Positions 1 to 10,295 of a stretch of 61,433 bases of DNA are shown here, one piece after another. Within the stretch, counting starts at the first letter, position 1. Each line of letters begins with the position of its first letter. The DNA is from a virus (lineage: Duplodnaviria > Caudoviricetes): positions 1-61,433 of IMG/VR virus record IMGVR_UViG_3300035701_000031; one strand, 5' to 3'. Made by a program: the position numbers and the translations under genes. The notes beneath the pieces are model-generated. The model saw only the letters and a program-made list of their open reading frames with translations. It searched no databases and had not been told where the DNA came from.

Positions 1-710
1 CAATAAATATCTTCATAGGCTTCTGCAAACGCTTTCTGCCCGTTTGTATTTATAAAATCTGGGACTTTTCCAAAAAAACTGCCTTCTCTGCCATCGCCAA
101 TGTATTTCCAAGGAAGATGGTTTTGTTTGATTAATCGCATGATTCGCTTCTCGAATTTGCTGGGTCTAAATCCTTTTTTAAGCATTTTAATACAATGCTG
201 CCTTAATTGTTTTTGTCTTTCAGGATGTTCCTTAAACCATTTTATTTTTTTTATTGATTGTTGTTTTTTTGTGTTTTTAGTGTGGTGTTTTCCCCAAAAA
301 GGATTGTTTTTACCATATCTACAAATCCCAAACATTGGATTGTTTTTACCAGAAAGTGATTTGCTTATTTTCTGTTTAGTTTTTTTAGAACGATGTTTTC
401 CCCATAAATAATTGTTTTTGCCTAAAAGAGATTTGCTTATTTTTTTCCTTGTTTCTTTTGAATTTAAAAAACCTTGTTCTTTAAATTTCCTTTTTCGAAT
501 TAAACTCATTTTTTTTCGAGTTCTTTTTAAAGGATGTTTTTTCCAATTGTGATTGTTTTTGCCTATTTGTGCTTTACTCATTTTTATTCGTGTTTTTTGA
601 GTGTGATGTATCCCTCGTCTTTGATGCCCAAAGATAAATTTTCTTGGTCTTCCTCGATTATCTTTTTCTTCAAATAATTGACCGCAACCGCAAGCACATT
701 TTATTTTCAT
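1..710 (-). CDS. NUMOD3-repeat putative homing endonuclease with C-terminal PD-(D/E)xK/Vsr-like domain (3' end runs off window)
   Basis: Manual translation from ATG at 710: MKIKCACGCGQLFEEKDNRGRPRKFIFGH..., K-rich H.K.TR.KMS repeats, C-terminal PSKFEKRI...KYIGD...PDFINTNGQK block shared with 10413 and 60144. Confidence 0.8.
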   Translation of the reverse strand, partial: MKIKCACGCGQLFEEKDNRGRPRKFIFGHQRRGIHHTQKTRIKMSKAQIGKNNHNWKKHPLKRTRKKMSLIRKRKFKEQGFLNSKETRKKISKSLLGKNNYLWGKHRSKKTKQKISKSLSGKNNPMFGICRYGKNNPFWGKHHTKNTKKQQSIKKIKWFKEHPERQKQLRQHCIKMLKKGFRPSKFEKRIMRLIKQNHLPWKYIGDGREGSFFGKVPDFINTNGQKAFAEAYEDIY

Positions 711-841
711 TTTCTCAACCCTAACCAATGTATGAATTTAACCTCGCAAGTTCTACAAATCCAGCGTTGATATTTTCCAAAACTAACTGAAATGCACATT
801 GCTTTTTTTCTGCATTTATTACATTTACGCAGATAAGGCAT
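707..841 (-). CDS. small Zn-finger protein (44 aa)
   Basis: Manual translation MPYLRKCNKC...WICRTC...; two CxxC motifs; ATGA overlap with downstream gene. Confidence 0.5.
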   Translation of the reverse strand: MPYLRKCNKCRKKAMCISVSFGKYQRWICRTCEVKFIHWLGLRK

Positions 842-1382
842 TGCCAACATCCCCATTCTTTTTCTCGTAATATTTCTTTTTTGCTTGTAACTTTTTGATT
901 TGTTTTATAAGTCTTTTCATTTTTGTTTCTTTTTCAGTTAATCGCTTTATCACTAACTTATATCTTTGTTGTTTCAAATTAATTTCAATTTTTGGCTTTT
1001 CAAATTTCTTATTTATTATAAATTGATTAGCCCAATCACAATCAATATCCCAACAATTTGCCATTTCTTTATGAACTAAACCTTGGTTATGCCCAATTTC
1101 GTGAATTAATATTTGAGCAATCTTTATAGAATCAGGATGTTCTAATTCAAGTATCTGGTCTCTCCCATCTGAACCAACAATACAATGAGTATCAGGTATT
1201 CGCAATTCAACCCAATTTCTTGAACAGCTCCCCAGCCCATGATAATGTGAAAGACCAAATCTTTTTTTGCTTATTTTGACTTCGATTGTTCGCTTTGTTG
1301 TTTCGCCCATTTGTTTGCATACTTCAGTAAACAACTTTTTCAAATCTTTTGTGTCCCATTGTGTTTCATTTTTTATTTTCAT
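825..1382 (-). CDS. putative zinc metallopeptidase (SprT-like) with C-terminal coiled coil
   Basis: IHEIGHNQGLVH = HExxH plus third His; SD GGAGG upstream. Confidence 0.65.
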   Translation of the reverse strand: MKIKNETQWDTKDLKKLFTEVCKQMGETTKRTIEVKISKKRFGLSHYHGLGSCSRNWVELRIPDTHCIVGSDGRDQILELEHPDSIKIAQILIHEIGHNQGLVHKEMANCWDIDCDWANQFIINKKFEKPKIEINLKQQRYKLVIKRLTEKETKMKRLIKQIKKLQAKKKYYEKKNGDVGNALSA

Positions 1383-1495
1383 TTCTATCTTCCTCCCTTT
1401 CTCATATCAACAAAAAGATTGTTGATACATAATACTTGGGGCATTGTTCTTAAAAACTTATTCCCCTGAAAAGTAAAAGACGGAATAGTGTAAGA

Positions 1496-2317
1496 TTATT
1501 CTTGTTTTAATGCCTTTTTATAAATTTTATCAAATTTTCGTTTTGTCAATTTTCTCATTTTATATTTATGAGACGCAATTGCACCCCTACTCAAGTTCAA
1601 TCCAAATACAAAAAAGAAATTCTCCCGCAATTGCACATTACTTTTAACTTTTCGATTGTTAAAAATCCACGACAACTTGACTGGTTCTGTCCGCCAAGGA
1701 AATGGTGTGATTCTAACTCTTGGTCTTTTCGGTATTTTGATTGGCTTAATCGGTGGTGCTGGGGGTTTAACCTCAAATTTATCTAACTGTTGCCTAAAAT
1801 TCTCAATATTAGTTATGTATCTTTGAATGTTTGTTTGTCTTGCCTTTGCTCCTTCTCTTCCGATTAGTTCTCCCGCAATTTTTTTTGTGCTCTTAAATTG
1901 TTCTCTCAATTCCCTTGCTTTTTGCCCCCAAGGTTGTGCTTCCGAATATTTTTTTTGTGCGAGTAAATTTTCATAAGTTTTCTCATAAAACCTAACGATG
2001 CTTTCCTGTTTTTTCAGTGCCTTTTCTGCATACGGTTTTACGTTGGTTTCTAAATTTTCACCGACAATCCCTAAAACGAATGTTTCCTCATAAAGTGCCC
2101 GCAAGTCTTCTTCTCCCATTCCATTCGCCCCTTTAAAAACGTTGCTGGGGGTGCAAGTTCCTGAAACTCCATCCCGTTCAAAAGGTGCTGCATCTTTGCC
2201 AAAAACACTTTCAAATCGTTGCTTAAATTCGGCAAAATTCTTAAAGTCTTTAGAAACGGTTTTAAGTAAATCCTCTGGACTTCTCGAATATTTTTTGTGC
2301 CATGGGATTCCAGCCAT
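1496..2317 (-). CDS. hypothetical protein
   Basis: 273-aa ORF with SD-like GTGAT and upstream TATA-like element near 2350; no recognisable motif. Confidence 0.7.
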   Translation of the reverse strand: MAGIPWHKKYSRSPEDLLKTVSKDFKNFAEFKQRFESVFGKDAAPFERDGVSGTCTPSNVFKGANGMGEEDLRALYEETFVLGIVGENLETNVKPYAEKALKKQESIVRFYEKTYENLLAQKKYSEAQPWGQKARELREQFKSTKKIAGELIGREGAKARQTNIQRYITNIENFRQQLDKFEVKPPAPPIKPIKIPKRPRVRITPFPWRTEPVKLSWIFNNRKVKSNVQLRENFFFVFGLNLSRGAIASHKYKMRKLTKRKFDKIYKKALKQE

Positions 2318-2369
2318 TTATATCACTCATATAAATATTGTCTTTTATTCTATATAATTTTTTTGGTTG

Positions 2370-3206
2370 TTATCCTGTATAGTCTTTAATGAATTTTTTT
2401 ACGTTTTCTGCCGTTCCTTCTCGTTGCAACAGCCCTCGATTCATTATTTTCACCGTTTTTAGGATATTTGTTGGGGTCATTTCTTCAATTTTAAAATTGA
2501 TAAATTGGTCATCTGTTAATGGCGTTACGACCACATTTGTTCCATCCAATATTTTGAGAGAATAAGGAAGGGCAAAAATGCGAGCACTGTCGGGCAGACA
2601 ATTTAAATCGGGGCACTTTAGTCGTTCTGATTCTTTGAGAGCAACCATTATTTTCCAAAGGATATTTGCACTGCTTTCATCGTAATATAGGTCTTTTGGT
2701 TGGAGAGGCTTGAAATAATCATAGGGGATTCTAAATTGAAAACCATGTGCAGTGCTTACAAAGATGTATGGTAAGTGATAATTGTCAAAAATTTCTTTTA
2801 TTTTTGTTGTTTCTCTATGAAGGGTCTTTTTGCCATAATCTTTCATGTCAATGTCTAATCCCCAATCATATTTATTAAGAAAATTTGAAGAAGTTTTTGC
2901 CCAGTTTTCTCTATCAATTTTGCGTTGCTGCCAAGAAAGACTGAAATAGGGCATATAAGAATATTGCGCCAGCCCCATATAGAGATTGTATGTCTCATTC
3001 CAAACATTATATCTATCAAATAATTTTTTTAGGAAATCTAATCTCCAGACACTATTAAAACGGGTTGGGATTCTTGTGTCCGTTTTGTCTCCAGTTTTTT
3101 TGTTGGGCGGGATAATTGCGAGTTCCCTATATTTAAGGCATTTTAGAAGTTCGAATAAAATGAACGTTTGATTATACCAATGAATGCGTTCTTCAGTAGG
3201 TGTCAT
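2370..3206 (-). CDS. archaeo-eukaryotic primase (PriS-like/primase-polymerase catalytic domain)
   Basis: Motif I GLDID, motif II-like STAHGFQ, motif III-like D..RIFALPYS. Confidence 0.65.
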   Translation of the reverse strand: MTPTEERIHWYNQTFILFELLKCLKYRELAIIPPNKKTGDKTDTRIPTRFNSVWRLDFLKKLFDRYNVWNETYNLYMGLAQYSYMPYFSLSWQQRKIDRENWAKTSSNFLNKYDWGLDIDMKDYGKKTLHRETTKIKEIFDNYHLPYIFVSTAHGFQFRIPYDYFKPLQPKDLYYDESSANILWKIMVALKESERLKCPDLNCLPDSARIFALPYSLKILDGTNVVVTPLTDDQFINFKIEEMTPTNILKTVKIMNRGLLQREGTAENVKKFIKDYTG

Positions 3207-3964
3207 TTAATCATCTTTTGAAAATATTTTGTCCAGTCTTCTCTTCCAAAATTTGTTTGTGCATGGCAATTTCTGCAAAGAGAAATTAGATTATCGAAAT
3301 TATTATTTTTTTTGTTATAATCAATATGGTGGCAAATTAAAGCATACCCCAATTTCTTTTGAGGTTGTTTGCATTCTTGGCAAATAAAATTATCCCGTTC
3401 CCTGATTTGATTTTTAAAATTATAATTAAATTCAAGACCATATGGTTCAAAGGAAATTCCATTTAACCAATTTGGGCTATTTTTACCTGTATATTTTCCT
3501 TTTCTGGCATTACTCAATTTCTTTTTCGTTTCATCTGAAAGGATTCTCCCAGACATTAATTTACTCATCATAATTTTAAATTTTTTAGAATGATGCCCCC
3601 ATTTGTTTTCTTTCCCATACATACTATTTTTCTTTCCTATCTTTTCAGAAGCTAACTTACTTAATTTTTTTTTCATTTTTTTGCCTTTTTTTGTTTTATA
3701 AAATTTTTTAATGTTTTTACTCATTTTTCTCCTTATTTCAGGTCGTTTAGTAGCATTATTTTTACTCATTTTGTCTCTTGTTTTTTTAGATGGATGTTTT
3801 CCATACATTGGGTGGTTTTTGCCAGAAAAATCTGCATGATTTTCACTTAACTTTTGCTTATGTTCTTTTGAAAGATGTTTATTCCACCAATAATTATTTT
3901 TACCAGACATTGCTTTACTTATTTTTATTCGTGTTTCTTTTGTATGGTAACTACCCTTTTTCAT
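3203..3964 (-). CDS. NUMOD3-HNH homing endonuclease
   Basis: NUMOD3-like repeats then RERDNFICQEC...CHHIDYNKKNN...NLISLCRNCH (HNH with Zn knuckles). Confidence 0.9.
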   Translation of the reverse strand: MKKGSYHTKETRIKISKAMSGKNNYWWNKHLSKEHKQKLSENHADFSGKNHPMYGKHPSKKTRDKMSKNNATKRPEIRRKMSKNIKKFYKTKKGKKMKKKLSKLASEKIGKKNSMYGKENKWGHHSKKFKIMMSKLMSGRILSDETKKKLSNARKGKYTGKNSPNWLNGISFEPYGLEFNYNFKNQIRERDNFICQECKQPQKKLGYALICHHIDYNKKNNNFDNLISLCRNCHAQTNFGREDWTKYFQKMIK

Positions 3965-4506
3965 TGTTTATCGCCTTTTAACCCAGCCATCAACCCGAAG
4001 CATTTTCTGTAAAATTCTAAAAACCCAGCAGCCTCCTTTGCAACATATTCGTCAATTTTATCAAATTTCTTTTCTTTGAACCATTCAGGAATTATACTTC
4101 CATCGTGTGGTTTGCCCGACACTTTATCAAGTCCACTGCCCTTAAATTCTCCTTTATTAGAAAGGATTCCGAGGGGATGCAAATCCAGCATTGGGCGATA
4201 AAAGAGGTCTCCCCAATTGAAAATAGCAGGAAATTGTTTTTCAAATTTTGTGCCTAAAAATTTGATTTCAAAACGAAGATTGTAGCCGACAGGGATATTC
4301 CATAAGTTATTTTTGTTCATCAGCAAAGTAAAGGCTTTGTCAATCAATTCTTTTTCTGTGAATGCTTGGTCGCCCCATCTTTTGTAAATAACCAATTCAC
4401 CTTTCGGTTCGCCATTCGGATGAATCTCTTGGGTTTGAATTGTTATCAATTCATCTGTTTTAGGTTCAAAACCTGTCGTTTCAATGTCGAAATAATATAG
4501 CCCCAT
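3961..4506 (-). CDS. DEDD-family 3'-5' exonuclease (RNase H-like fold)
   Basis: ExoI FDIETTG, ExoII-like VGYNLRFE, downstream LDLH; start moved to MGLYYF behind a G-rich SD. Confidence 0.75.
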   Translation of the reverse strand: MGLYYFDIETTGFEPKTDELITIQTQEIHPNGEPKGELVIYKRWGDQAFTEKELIDKAFTLLMNKNNLWNIPVGYNLRFEIKFLGTKFEKQFPAIFNWGDLFYRPMLDLHPLGILSNKGEFKGSGLDKVSGKPHDGSIIPEWFKEKKFDKIDEYVAKEAAGFLEFYRKCFGLMAGLKGDKQ

Positions 4507-4507
4507 T

Positions 4508-5020
4508 TTAATCCCCCCTCTGCGAACAAATTCTTTCAGTATGGCTGCCCCCACAAATTTGGCAACACCAATCATGCTCTAATTTTTCGTGTCTTGGTTT
4601 TAATCCGCAATTACAATCATCCAAACTCGTTTCTTTTTTTATCAATTCCTCGAATTTTTCAGAATATATCCCCTTTACAGTATTGGCATCTGATTTCCAA
4701 CCTCGGTAATGTATTGTTGCTGTTTCAAATTCATTTAAATTATATCTTGGTGAAATATCATAAATACATAAAACCCATTCATTGCCAATCTTATGGTCAT
4801 CATCTGGGGTTTTTGCTGCAATTAAATCATATTTTTCCATTATTTTTTGCGCTAACCTTATCAGTTCTTCTTTATCTGGGCTAAAGAATAAATATTTTCC
4901 TATGGTCTTTTGTTTGCTTAAAAAATCTTTAGAAAACCTGTCAATATAAAGCCAAGTCTTATATTTCATCAATTTGAATTTGTTTATTGAATATTTTTTA
5001 ATTAAGTCAGTGTCATTCAT
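4508..5020 (-). CDS. DUF1917-like protein with C-terminal Cys/His cluster
   Basis: GKYLFF...AAK...VLCIY...WKSDANT..GIYS pattern recalled for this family; not searched. Confidence 0.45.
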   Translation of the reverse strand: MNDTDLIKKYSINKFKLMKYKTWLYIDRFSKDFLSKQKTIGKYLFFSPDKEELIRLAQKIMEKYDLIAAKTPDDDHKIGNEWVLCIYDISPRYNLNEFETATIHYRGWKSDANTVKGIYSEKFEELIKKETSLDDCNCGLKPRHEKLEHDWCCQICGGSHTERICSQRGD

Positions 5021-5451
5021 TCTTTCTTCCCCTCTATCTGCCTTTCCCCCTATATATCTTCCCTTCTTCCTCTTTAAATGCCTGCCGATAGAGTAGCCTT
5101 CCGCTACTCCGCCTTCCGCATCAACTTTTTGTGTTTGGCTCTTTTATAGTCCATCTCAATACTCATTTTTATATCCCCTTTATATTATTGAAATTTCTCA
5201 AACCCACGATGGCAAAACTCGGAAAATGTAGACGCATTATTTCTTTAGCTTCCTCTTGTGATTTTGCCTTGATTATCCCCAATACTAAAAAATTTTGTTT
5301 ACCCATTATTTTTCAGCCTCTTTTTTAAAAAAATCTTGCACTATTGGCTTATCTCGCTTTTTGTATTCTGCTAACAACCTATCTTTTCTTGTAAGTTCTG
5401 CTGTTAGCATATTTATTTTGTTTTGCATGAAACGCAACTGTTCAGCCTTGC

Positions 5452-6201
5452 TCATTCTTTTTTCACTTCAGTTGCTTTCTTTATTCTATTGAACATACAG
5501 TCGTCAGGATGCCATGAATCTGACCCCAATGCCATATCAATTAATGCCCATTCCCCATTCATTGTCTTGCAAAAATCAACAGACCAAAACCCTTCGTCTT
5601 TAAAACAAACAGCAACTTTTCGAGCATTCTTTTGAAGCCCCCATAATTCATTTCCAGTTATGCCCTCTCTTTCTTTTTTCAATATTTCTTTCCAGTTTGG
5701 CACAGAAGGATTAACTATGGATTTTTCACACCAATACCAATGCTTACATTTTATTTCTCCATCTTCAATAAAAAATCTTATTTCTGGATTGACTGGCATC
5801 TCCCCAAAAAAAGCCGTAAATAAATTTTTCATCGGGATATATTCTCTAAAAAAGAATGCTCTTACTGGTTTCCCTATTATATCGCAGCAATAAGTTGCTT
5901 CGGCGATATTGCGGAGATGCTTTATCAAATCCTCTTGTTTTTCAACGAAACAAGTATTTTTCCAACCATGTTTTCCAGAAAGCTGGTCGGAACGCAGAAA
6001 TAAAGGATAACCAATAATTTTGGCTTTCCCATATAACTCGTTTAAATTTGAAAGCAAACCGCCATCAATAAAATCAAATGCTTCGGCAGGATTTACTTCA
6101 GCATACTCTGTTTTTGGCTGTAAAATATCCAAATGTTTAATTTTGGGAAACCAAAATAACATACTATTTTTATCAATTCCAACTATAATATCATCAGTCA
6201 T
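5452..6201 (-). CDS. ATP-grasp fold protein (R2K/Cdc123-like clade)
   Basis: PLFLRSDQLSGKH, FFREYI, EIRFFIEDG, WSVDF...WALID motifs. Confidence 0.65.
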   Translation of the reverse strand: MTDDIIVGIDKNSMLFWFPKIKHLDILQPKTEYAEVNPAEAFDFIDGGLLSNLNELYGKAKIIGYPLFLRSDQLSGKHGWKNTCFVEKQEDLIKHLRNIAEATYCCDIIGKPVRAFFFREYIPMKNLFTAFFGEMPVNPEIRFFIEDGEIKCKHWYWCEKSIVNPSVPNWKEILKKEREGITGNELWGLQKNARKVAVCFKDEGFWSVDFCKTMNGEWALIDMALGSDSWHPDDCMFNRIKKATEVKKE

Positions 6202-6917
6202 TTTGACCACCCGAACTCTTTTTTATAAATATTTTTAACAAACTCCATTGCCGATTCTTTTGTTTGTGGTGAGGGGGCTTCCCTTAAATTGCTTTTAGTG
6301 ATGTCGTCTTGCAATATCTTTTCAAGTTCACTGCAATGGGTGAGAAATTGGTGTTTATCAAAAAAATCAACCCCATTCTTTTTGCAATCAAACAATCCTT
6401 GAACAAGCGAATCATTGAAGCAATCCAATTTTCTAAAAGAATCGAAATCACTTCGCAGCATTTCTGTTCTGGCTACACTAATGCCTTGGTAATATATCCT
6501 TAAAAGATAAAGATTCCTCTTCGGCTTCTTATAATCTTCCGTTACAGCATGATATGCGGTGTGCATAGCAAAGCCTTTCCAATGTGCATACATTGCCTTG
6601 CTGACACAGTCTCTTGCCAAGTCCTGTAATTCTGGGTAATATTCGGAACGAACTATTGTAATTGGGGACAAGACTTGCTCTATGAAATTAACGTTTGGCT
6701 TTAACATTTCTTTTACATAACTCTGTATTTCGTGGCTCACAATATCAATGCCATTGTAAATTTTTTCGATGCACCAAGAAGGATGTTGTTTGCCAAAGTT
6801 TTTCCAAAAATTTTCTTCATTAATAATATGTGCGCCCCTTATATCAATGTCTTCTGGTTTTGGAATGCCATATAAGTGAGAACCACTTATGCTTAAAAAA
6901 ACTGGTTTTTCAATCAT
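6198..6917 (-). CDS. nucleotidyltransferase, DNA polymerase beta superfamily (YcgL/RlaP-like)
   Basis: SGSHLYG..P.DIDIRG signature; ML.PNVNFIEQV.SP helix. Confidence 0.8.
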   Translation of the reverse strand: MIEKPVFLSISGSHLYGIPKPEDIDIRGAHIINEENFWKNFGKQHPSWCIEKIYNGIDIVSHEIQSYVKEMLKPNVNFIEQVLSPITIVRSEYYPELQDLARDCVSKAMYAHWKGFAMHTAYHAVTEDYKKPKRNLYLLRIYYQGISVARTEMLRSDFDSFRKLDCFNDSLVQGLFDCKKNGVDFFDKHQFLTHCSELEKILQDDITKSNLREAPSPQTKESAMEFVKNIYKKEFGWSK

Positions 6918-6931
6918 TATTCACTCACCTT

Positions 6932-7267
6932 TCACCCGATTATTTTTTTTGTTTGCGCTTCTTTAAGTATTTTTTTAACCTCTTCTTTTCCGATTGTTGC
7001 GAGGGCAATATCCCAAAACTCTTTTAGATATTCGGCTAACCCAATTTCATCACTTTGGTAAGCAGCATCTTTTAAGTATTCTTCAATTGCATCAAAATTA
7101 AATCGGTGCTGTTTAGGGCTTGCTGCATAAAGAACATTTAACCAAGGAATGACTTTATTCAATGCCCATTCGCCCAATTCTTCAAAAACGCCTTCAACAA
7201 CTTCTACATCACCAGAATAAGTATTTTCCAAACAATCTTTCAAAAATTCTTTAAATGTTTCATTCAT
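6932..7267 (-). CDS. hypothetical protein, paralog of 7289-7552
   Basis: Shared FKEFLK...LGEWA...IA.A..GK motifs; SD upstream. Confidence 0.7.
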   Translation of the reverse strand: MNETFKEFLKDCLENTYSGDVEVVEGVFEELGEWALNKVIPWLNVLYAASPKQHRFNFDAIEEYLKDAAYQSDEIGLAEYLKEFWDIALATIGKEEVKKILKEAQTKKIIG

Positions 7268-7288
7268 TTTTGACTACCCCCTTTACAA

Positions 7289-7552
7289 TCAATAATGCAA
7301 CAGCAATTTAATTTTTCTTTTCCCTAAACAAGCAATAGCAATTTCTAATAATACTGGGTGAACTTCTTTAAGAAAATCCAATTTCATTTTGGGCGATGCT
7401 TCTTTAGCACAATATTTATAGCATTCTTGCCAAGCCCATTCGCCCAAATCCTTAATAAGAATTGCGCTTCCAACATTTACACTTCTAAATTTGCCATGCT
7501 TTTCGGCGGGTAAAGATGTTCTTTTTAAAAATTCCTTAAAATTCTCACTCAT
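7289..7552 (-). CDS. hypothetical protein, paralog of 6932-7267
   Basis: Start MSENFKEFLK behind GAGGT SD. Confidence 0.65.
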   Translation of the reverse strand: MSENFKEFLKRTSLPAEKHGKFRSVNVGSAILIKDLGEWAWQECYKYCAKEASPKMKLDFLKEVHPVLLEIAIACLGKRKIKLLLHY

Positions 7553-7559
7553 TTTTACC

Positions 7560-7754
7560 TCACTCACCCATCTCTTTTTCTTCAACCCATTTGTTCATTC
7601 GTTCCATTTGTTTTTCATCAAGTAATGCAATAATTGTTTTTTCGACATCAGCGATGTGCATATAAGGCTGTCCTTGGAAAACAATAATCCAATCCAGTTT
7701 CTTCGCTTTTTGAATTACGTCTTTTACTTTTACAATAATATTTTCTTCACTCAT
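7560..7754 (-). CDS. hypothetical protein
   Basis: Start MSEENII; in the operon chain. Confidence 0.55.
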   Translation of the reverse strand: MSEENIIVKVKDVIQKAKKLDWIIVFQGQPYMHIADVEKTIIALLDEKQMERMNKWVEEKEMGE

Positions 7755-7884
7755 TTTCTTCCACTTCCAATGTTGCTTTCTTTGCTCGGATATTAAGTGC
7801 TTTTTCCATATTATTTTTTTGAAATTCATCCTCTGCAATAGAGATAAAGCCCTCTTTAAAAAAGACCCAAACATTTATTTTCAT

Positions 7885-8205
7885 TCAATCACCAGCCTGA
7901 CTTTTTGCTGTTTCAATTATTATTTCAAACGATTCTCCCATGCTTTGTTTGTAATATTTCTCTTTTTCTATAGTCCATCGCCTGACTGTTGTAAAAACAT
8001 TTTCACTTCCACCAAAAAACAAAACAAGCAATTTTCCGTTTGACAAAGGATAGAAACCACCCGCAACTTTATGGGTGTCATATTCAATAAATTCAGGAGA
8101 TAAATCACTTTTATCAACAACAAACACTTGTAACAGAGTAAGTATGTCCCTGTGATGTTGTTCACCTAATTTCCAATATTCATGCGAAAACTTAATTTGC
8201 TTCAT
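7885..8205 (-). CDS. hypothetical protein
   Basis: 106-aa ORF with SD GGTGA. Confidence 0.65.
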   Translation of the reverse strand: MKQIKFSHEYWKLGEQHHRDILTLLQVFVVDKSDLSPEFIEYDTHKVAGGFYPLSNGKLLVLFFGGSENVFTTVRRWTIEKEKYYKQSMGESFEIIIETAKSQAGD

Positions 8206-8313
8206 TCACTTTTCACCAGCCTACACCGTTTTTTTAATTCTTCTTTTTGTTGTGCTTTCAAACACAAGCAATAGGTAACAAATGTTTCATACAAAAAGTT
8301 TCTAATATCCATT

Positions 8314-8697
8314 TCACTTTTCACTTTCCTGCAAACGATTTTTTAGTTCTTTCAAGCACTCTATGAATCCAGTATATGCTGCATTTCCATGTTTTTCGCA
8401 AAATTCTACTGCTGTTCCTTCAAAGCTTTCTTCAATCTCATTTATGGTGTCCATAACGGAACACCAAATCTTTACTGCCGTTTTTGCAATAGCTTTAGCT
8501 TCTCTTTTTTCAATTTCTTTCAGGCATCTTTCTTCTGTCGCTTGGCGGGACAAAATTGCAATATCTTGCATAGTTTTGTAGTCTATTTCTATTTTATCAT
8601 ACGAATTTCTTTCAACTACATTAAACCAATTTGTAAAATCATTCCTTTCTGCCCATTTGCCCAGCACTTCTTTATCCTGCTTGGTTAGTTCAGTCAT
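8314..8697 (-). CDS. hypothetical protein
   Basis: 127-aa ORF coupled to upstream gene. Confidence 0.65.
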   Translation of the reverse strand: MTELTKQDKEVLGKWAERNDFTNWFNVVERNSYDKIEIDYKTMQDIAILSRQATEERCLKEIEKREAKAIAKTAVKIWCSVMDTINEIEESFEGTAVEFCEKHGNAAYTGFIECLKELKNRLQESEK

Positions 8698-8904
8698 TCA
8701 CTTTTCACCTGCCTGAATTTTTGCTGCTGAAATTAACTTGTTAATATCAAAGGCATACCCAAAATGAGATTTAATGATTAATTTTTTCCTATTTTCTTTG
8801 CAATACTCTTCCAGCCATTCAAGCATTTCTTTTTTACCCTGTGCTTTGCCTGATTCGTAACCATCTTCCCAAGCAGCATCAGCTTGGGGGTCATCATAAC
8901 TCAT
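8698..8904 (-). CDS. small protein of the G...GK.EML.W family
   Basis: GYESGKAQGKKEMLEWLE; relatives at 37297 and 37786. Confidence 0.6.
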   Translation of the reverse strand: MSYDDPQADAAWEDGYESGKAQGKKEMLEWLEEYCKENRKKLIIKSHFGYAFDINKLISAAKIQAGEK

Positions 8905-9230
8905 TTTCCCTCACCTGCCTGTTCTGGCTCTGGATTAGTGCAGGCAATATTCCATTCTGCCCTATGAACCCAGACTTGGTGAACTTTCCCAGAGAATCTG
9001 GTTGTTCTTCGCAGTAAAATAGCACCACAATTTTTGCATTTCATGTTTCTTCACCTGACCTAAATTACATTGTAATTTCTTTTTCTGCCTTTGTCAGCCG
9101 TATCCCTAATTTTTCAAGAGCAATTCTTACAGCCATCAAACTGATGTTGCAATTGCTACTCTTACAATTTCTTTTATGCTCTACTGCCAAGGACAGCAAA
9201 TTTTCTTTAATCCACTTTTTGTCTGGGTAT

Positions 9231-10295
9231 CTACTCATTTTTTCTCACTCTTCCAATCGGCAGCTTCCCCAAAATGCGTGCCTCTATTACTTGTGCAACG
9301 GGCTCATGCTTAACAAATTTCTTGCATGATTCAACTGTTTGGGGCAATTTATTAATGAGCAAAATTGCTCCAGCAATCGTTGCAAGATTTGTTTTCGCAA
9401 TATTTGCATTCTTCCTAAAAATTTCTGGCTTATGCTCCACAATATAGCTGCACGCCATTGCTAACCCAAATAGTGATTTTTGCTCACTTTCAATAAATCT
9501 GTCATAGGCTTTTTTTAATGGTTTTGCGCCCAGACCGTATGAGCAGCCAAATGCAGTTATTAATGTCATGGCTTGATTCGGATTTATTGCTATCTTTTTT
9601 GTTTCGTCAAGTCTCGTTTCAATTTTAATTAATTCTGGTTTCATCACTGCAATTGCTTCTCCGATTCTATCTGGTATTCTCGTCAGGCTTTCGAACCGTA
9701 AAATTCTTGCTTTTATCGGTTGAATTTGCGAAGTCGATTGCCTCATGGAAAGCCCAGCGAAAGACAAAGGGTTGAGACACTGCAATATTTCTACATAAGT
9801 TGAAATTCTTATTGCCCTGCCTGTGTATATGTCGCCTGTATTTATATTCAGACCAAAAGAGGCAATTTTTGTTTTTTGCAAGATTAAAATTTTGCCAGTT
9901 ATTCCCTCTTTTTCTTCCAATTTTAATTTTTGTTTTTTTAATGCTTTGTTGAAGATTTTATAAACTTCTTCTGAAGTAGTGGTGGGGTGTTTCATTGTGG
10001 CGCAAGCCATACATTTATTGCCTTTCAGGAAGAACTGCATTGGCTTTCTTTTGCCTTTAAATATTTTGAATGCCTCTAAAAAAAAGTCTTCCAAGGAAAT
10101 ACCCAGTCTTTTCTGGTCTTTCACTTCCTTGTCTATGGCACGATGAAAGTGAACTCTTAACAAACTCCACATCGCTTTTCGGTTCATTACGATTGCTTTC
10201 TTGTTTTTTAAGGATATAACAACTCCAACTTCCTTAACTTTTCTCGGATTTCTAAAAATTCCAGTAATTATTTCAATTTTATTTTTATCTTCCAT
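9231..10295 (-). CDS. DUF932-like protein
   Basis: SD GGAGGT before MEDKNK; FGLNINTGD...RAIRI...ILQCLN resembles the DUF932 core; not searched. Confidence 0.45.
   Translation of the reverse strand: MEDKNKIEIITGIFRNPRKVKEVGVVISLKNKKAIVMNRKAMWSLLRVHFHRAIDKEVKDQKRLGISLEDFFLEAFKIFKGKRKPMQFFLKGNKCMACATMKHPTTTSEEVYKIFNKALKKQKLKLEEKEGITGKILILQKTKIASFGLNINTGDIYTGRAIRISTYVEILQCLNPLSFAGLSMRQSTSQIQPIKARILRFESLTRIPDRIGEAIAVMKPELIKIETRLDETKKIAINPNQAMTLITAFGCSYGLGAKPLKKAYDRFIESEQKSLFGLAMACSYIVEHKPEIFRKNANIAKTNLATIAGAILLINKLPQTVESCKKFVKHEPVAQVIEARILGKLPIGRVRKNE

Noticed and set aside
5040-5130. GC-richer gap with hairpin GAGTAGC-GGAAG-GCTACTC as tRNA or origin
   Set aside because: Only a 7-8 bp hairpin at the end of a probable tiny ORF; no cloverleaf or iterons.
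7885-9050. Recurrent C-terminal QAGE/QAGD peptides as a protein motif
   Set aside because: Explained by the next gene's GGTGA Shine-Dalgarno overlapping the coding end; same for the IPR endings of 23154 and 25134.
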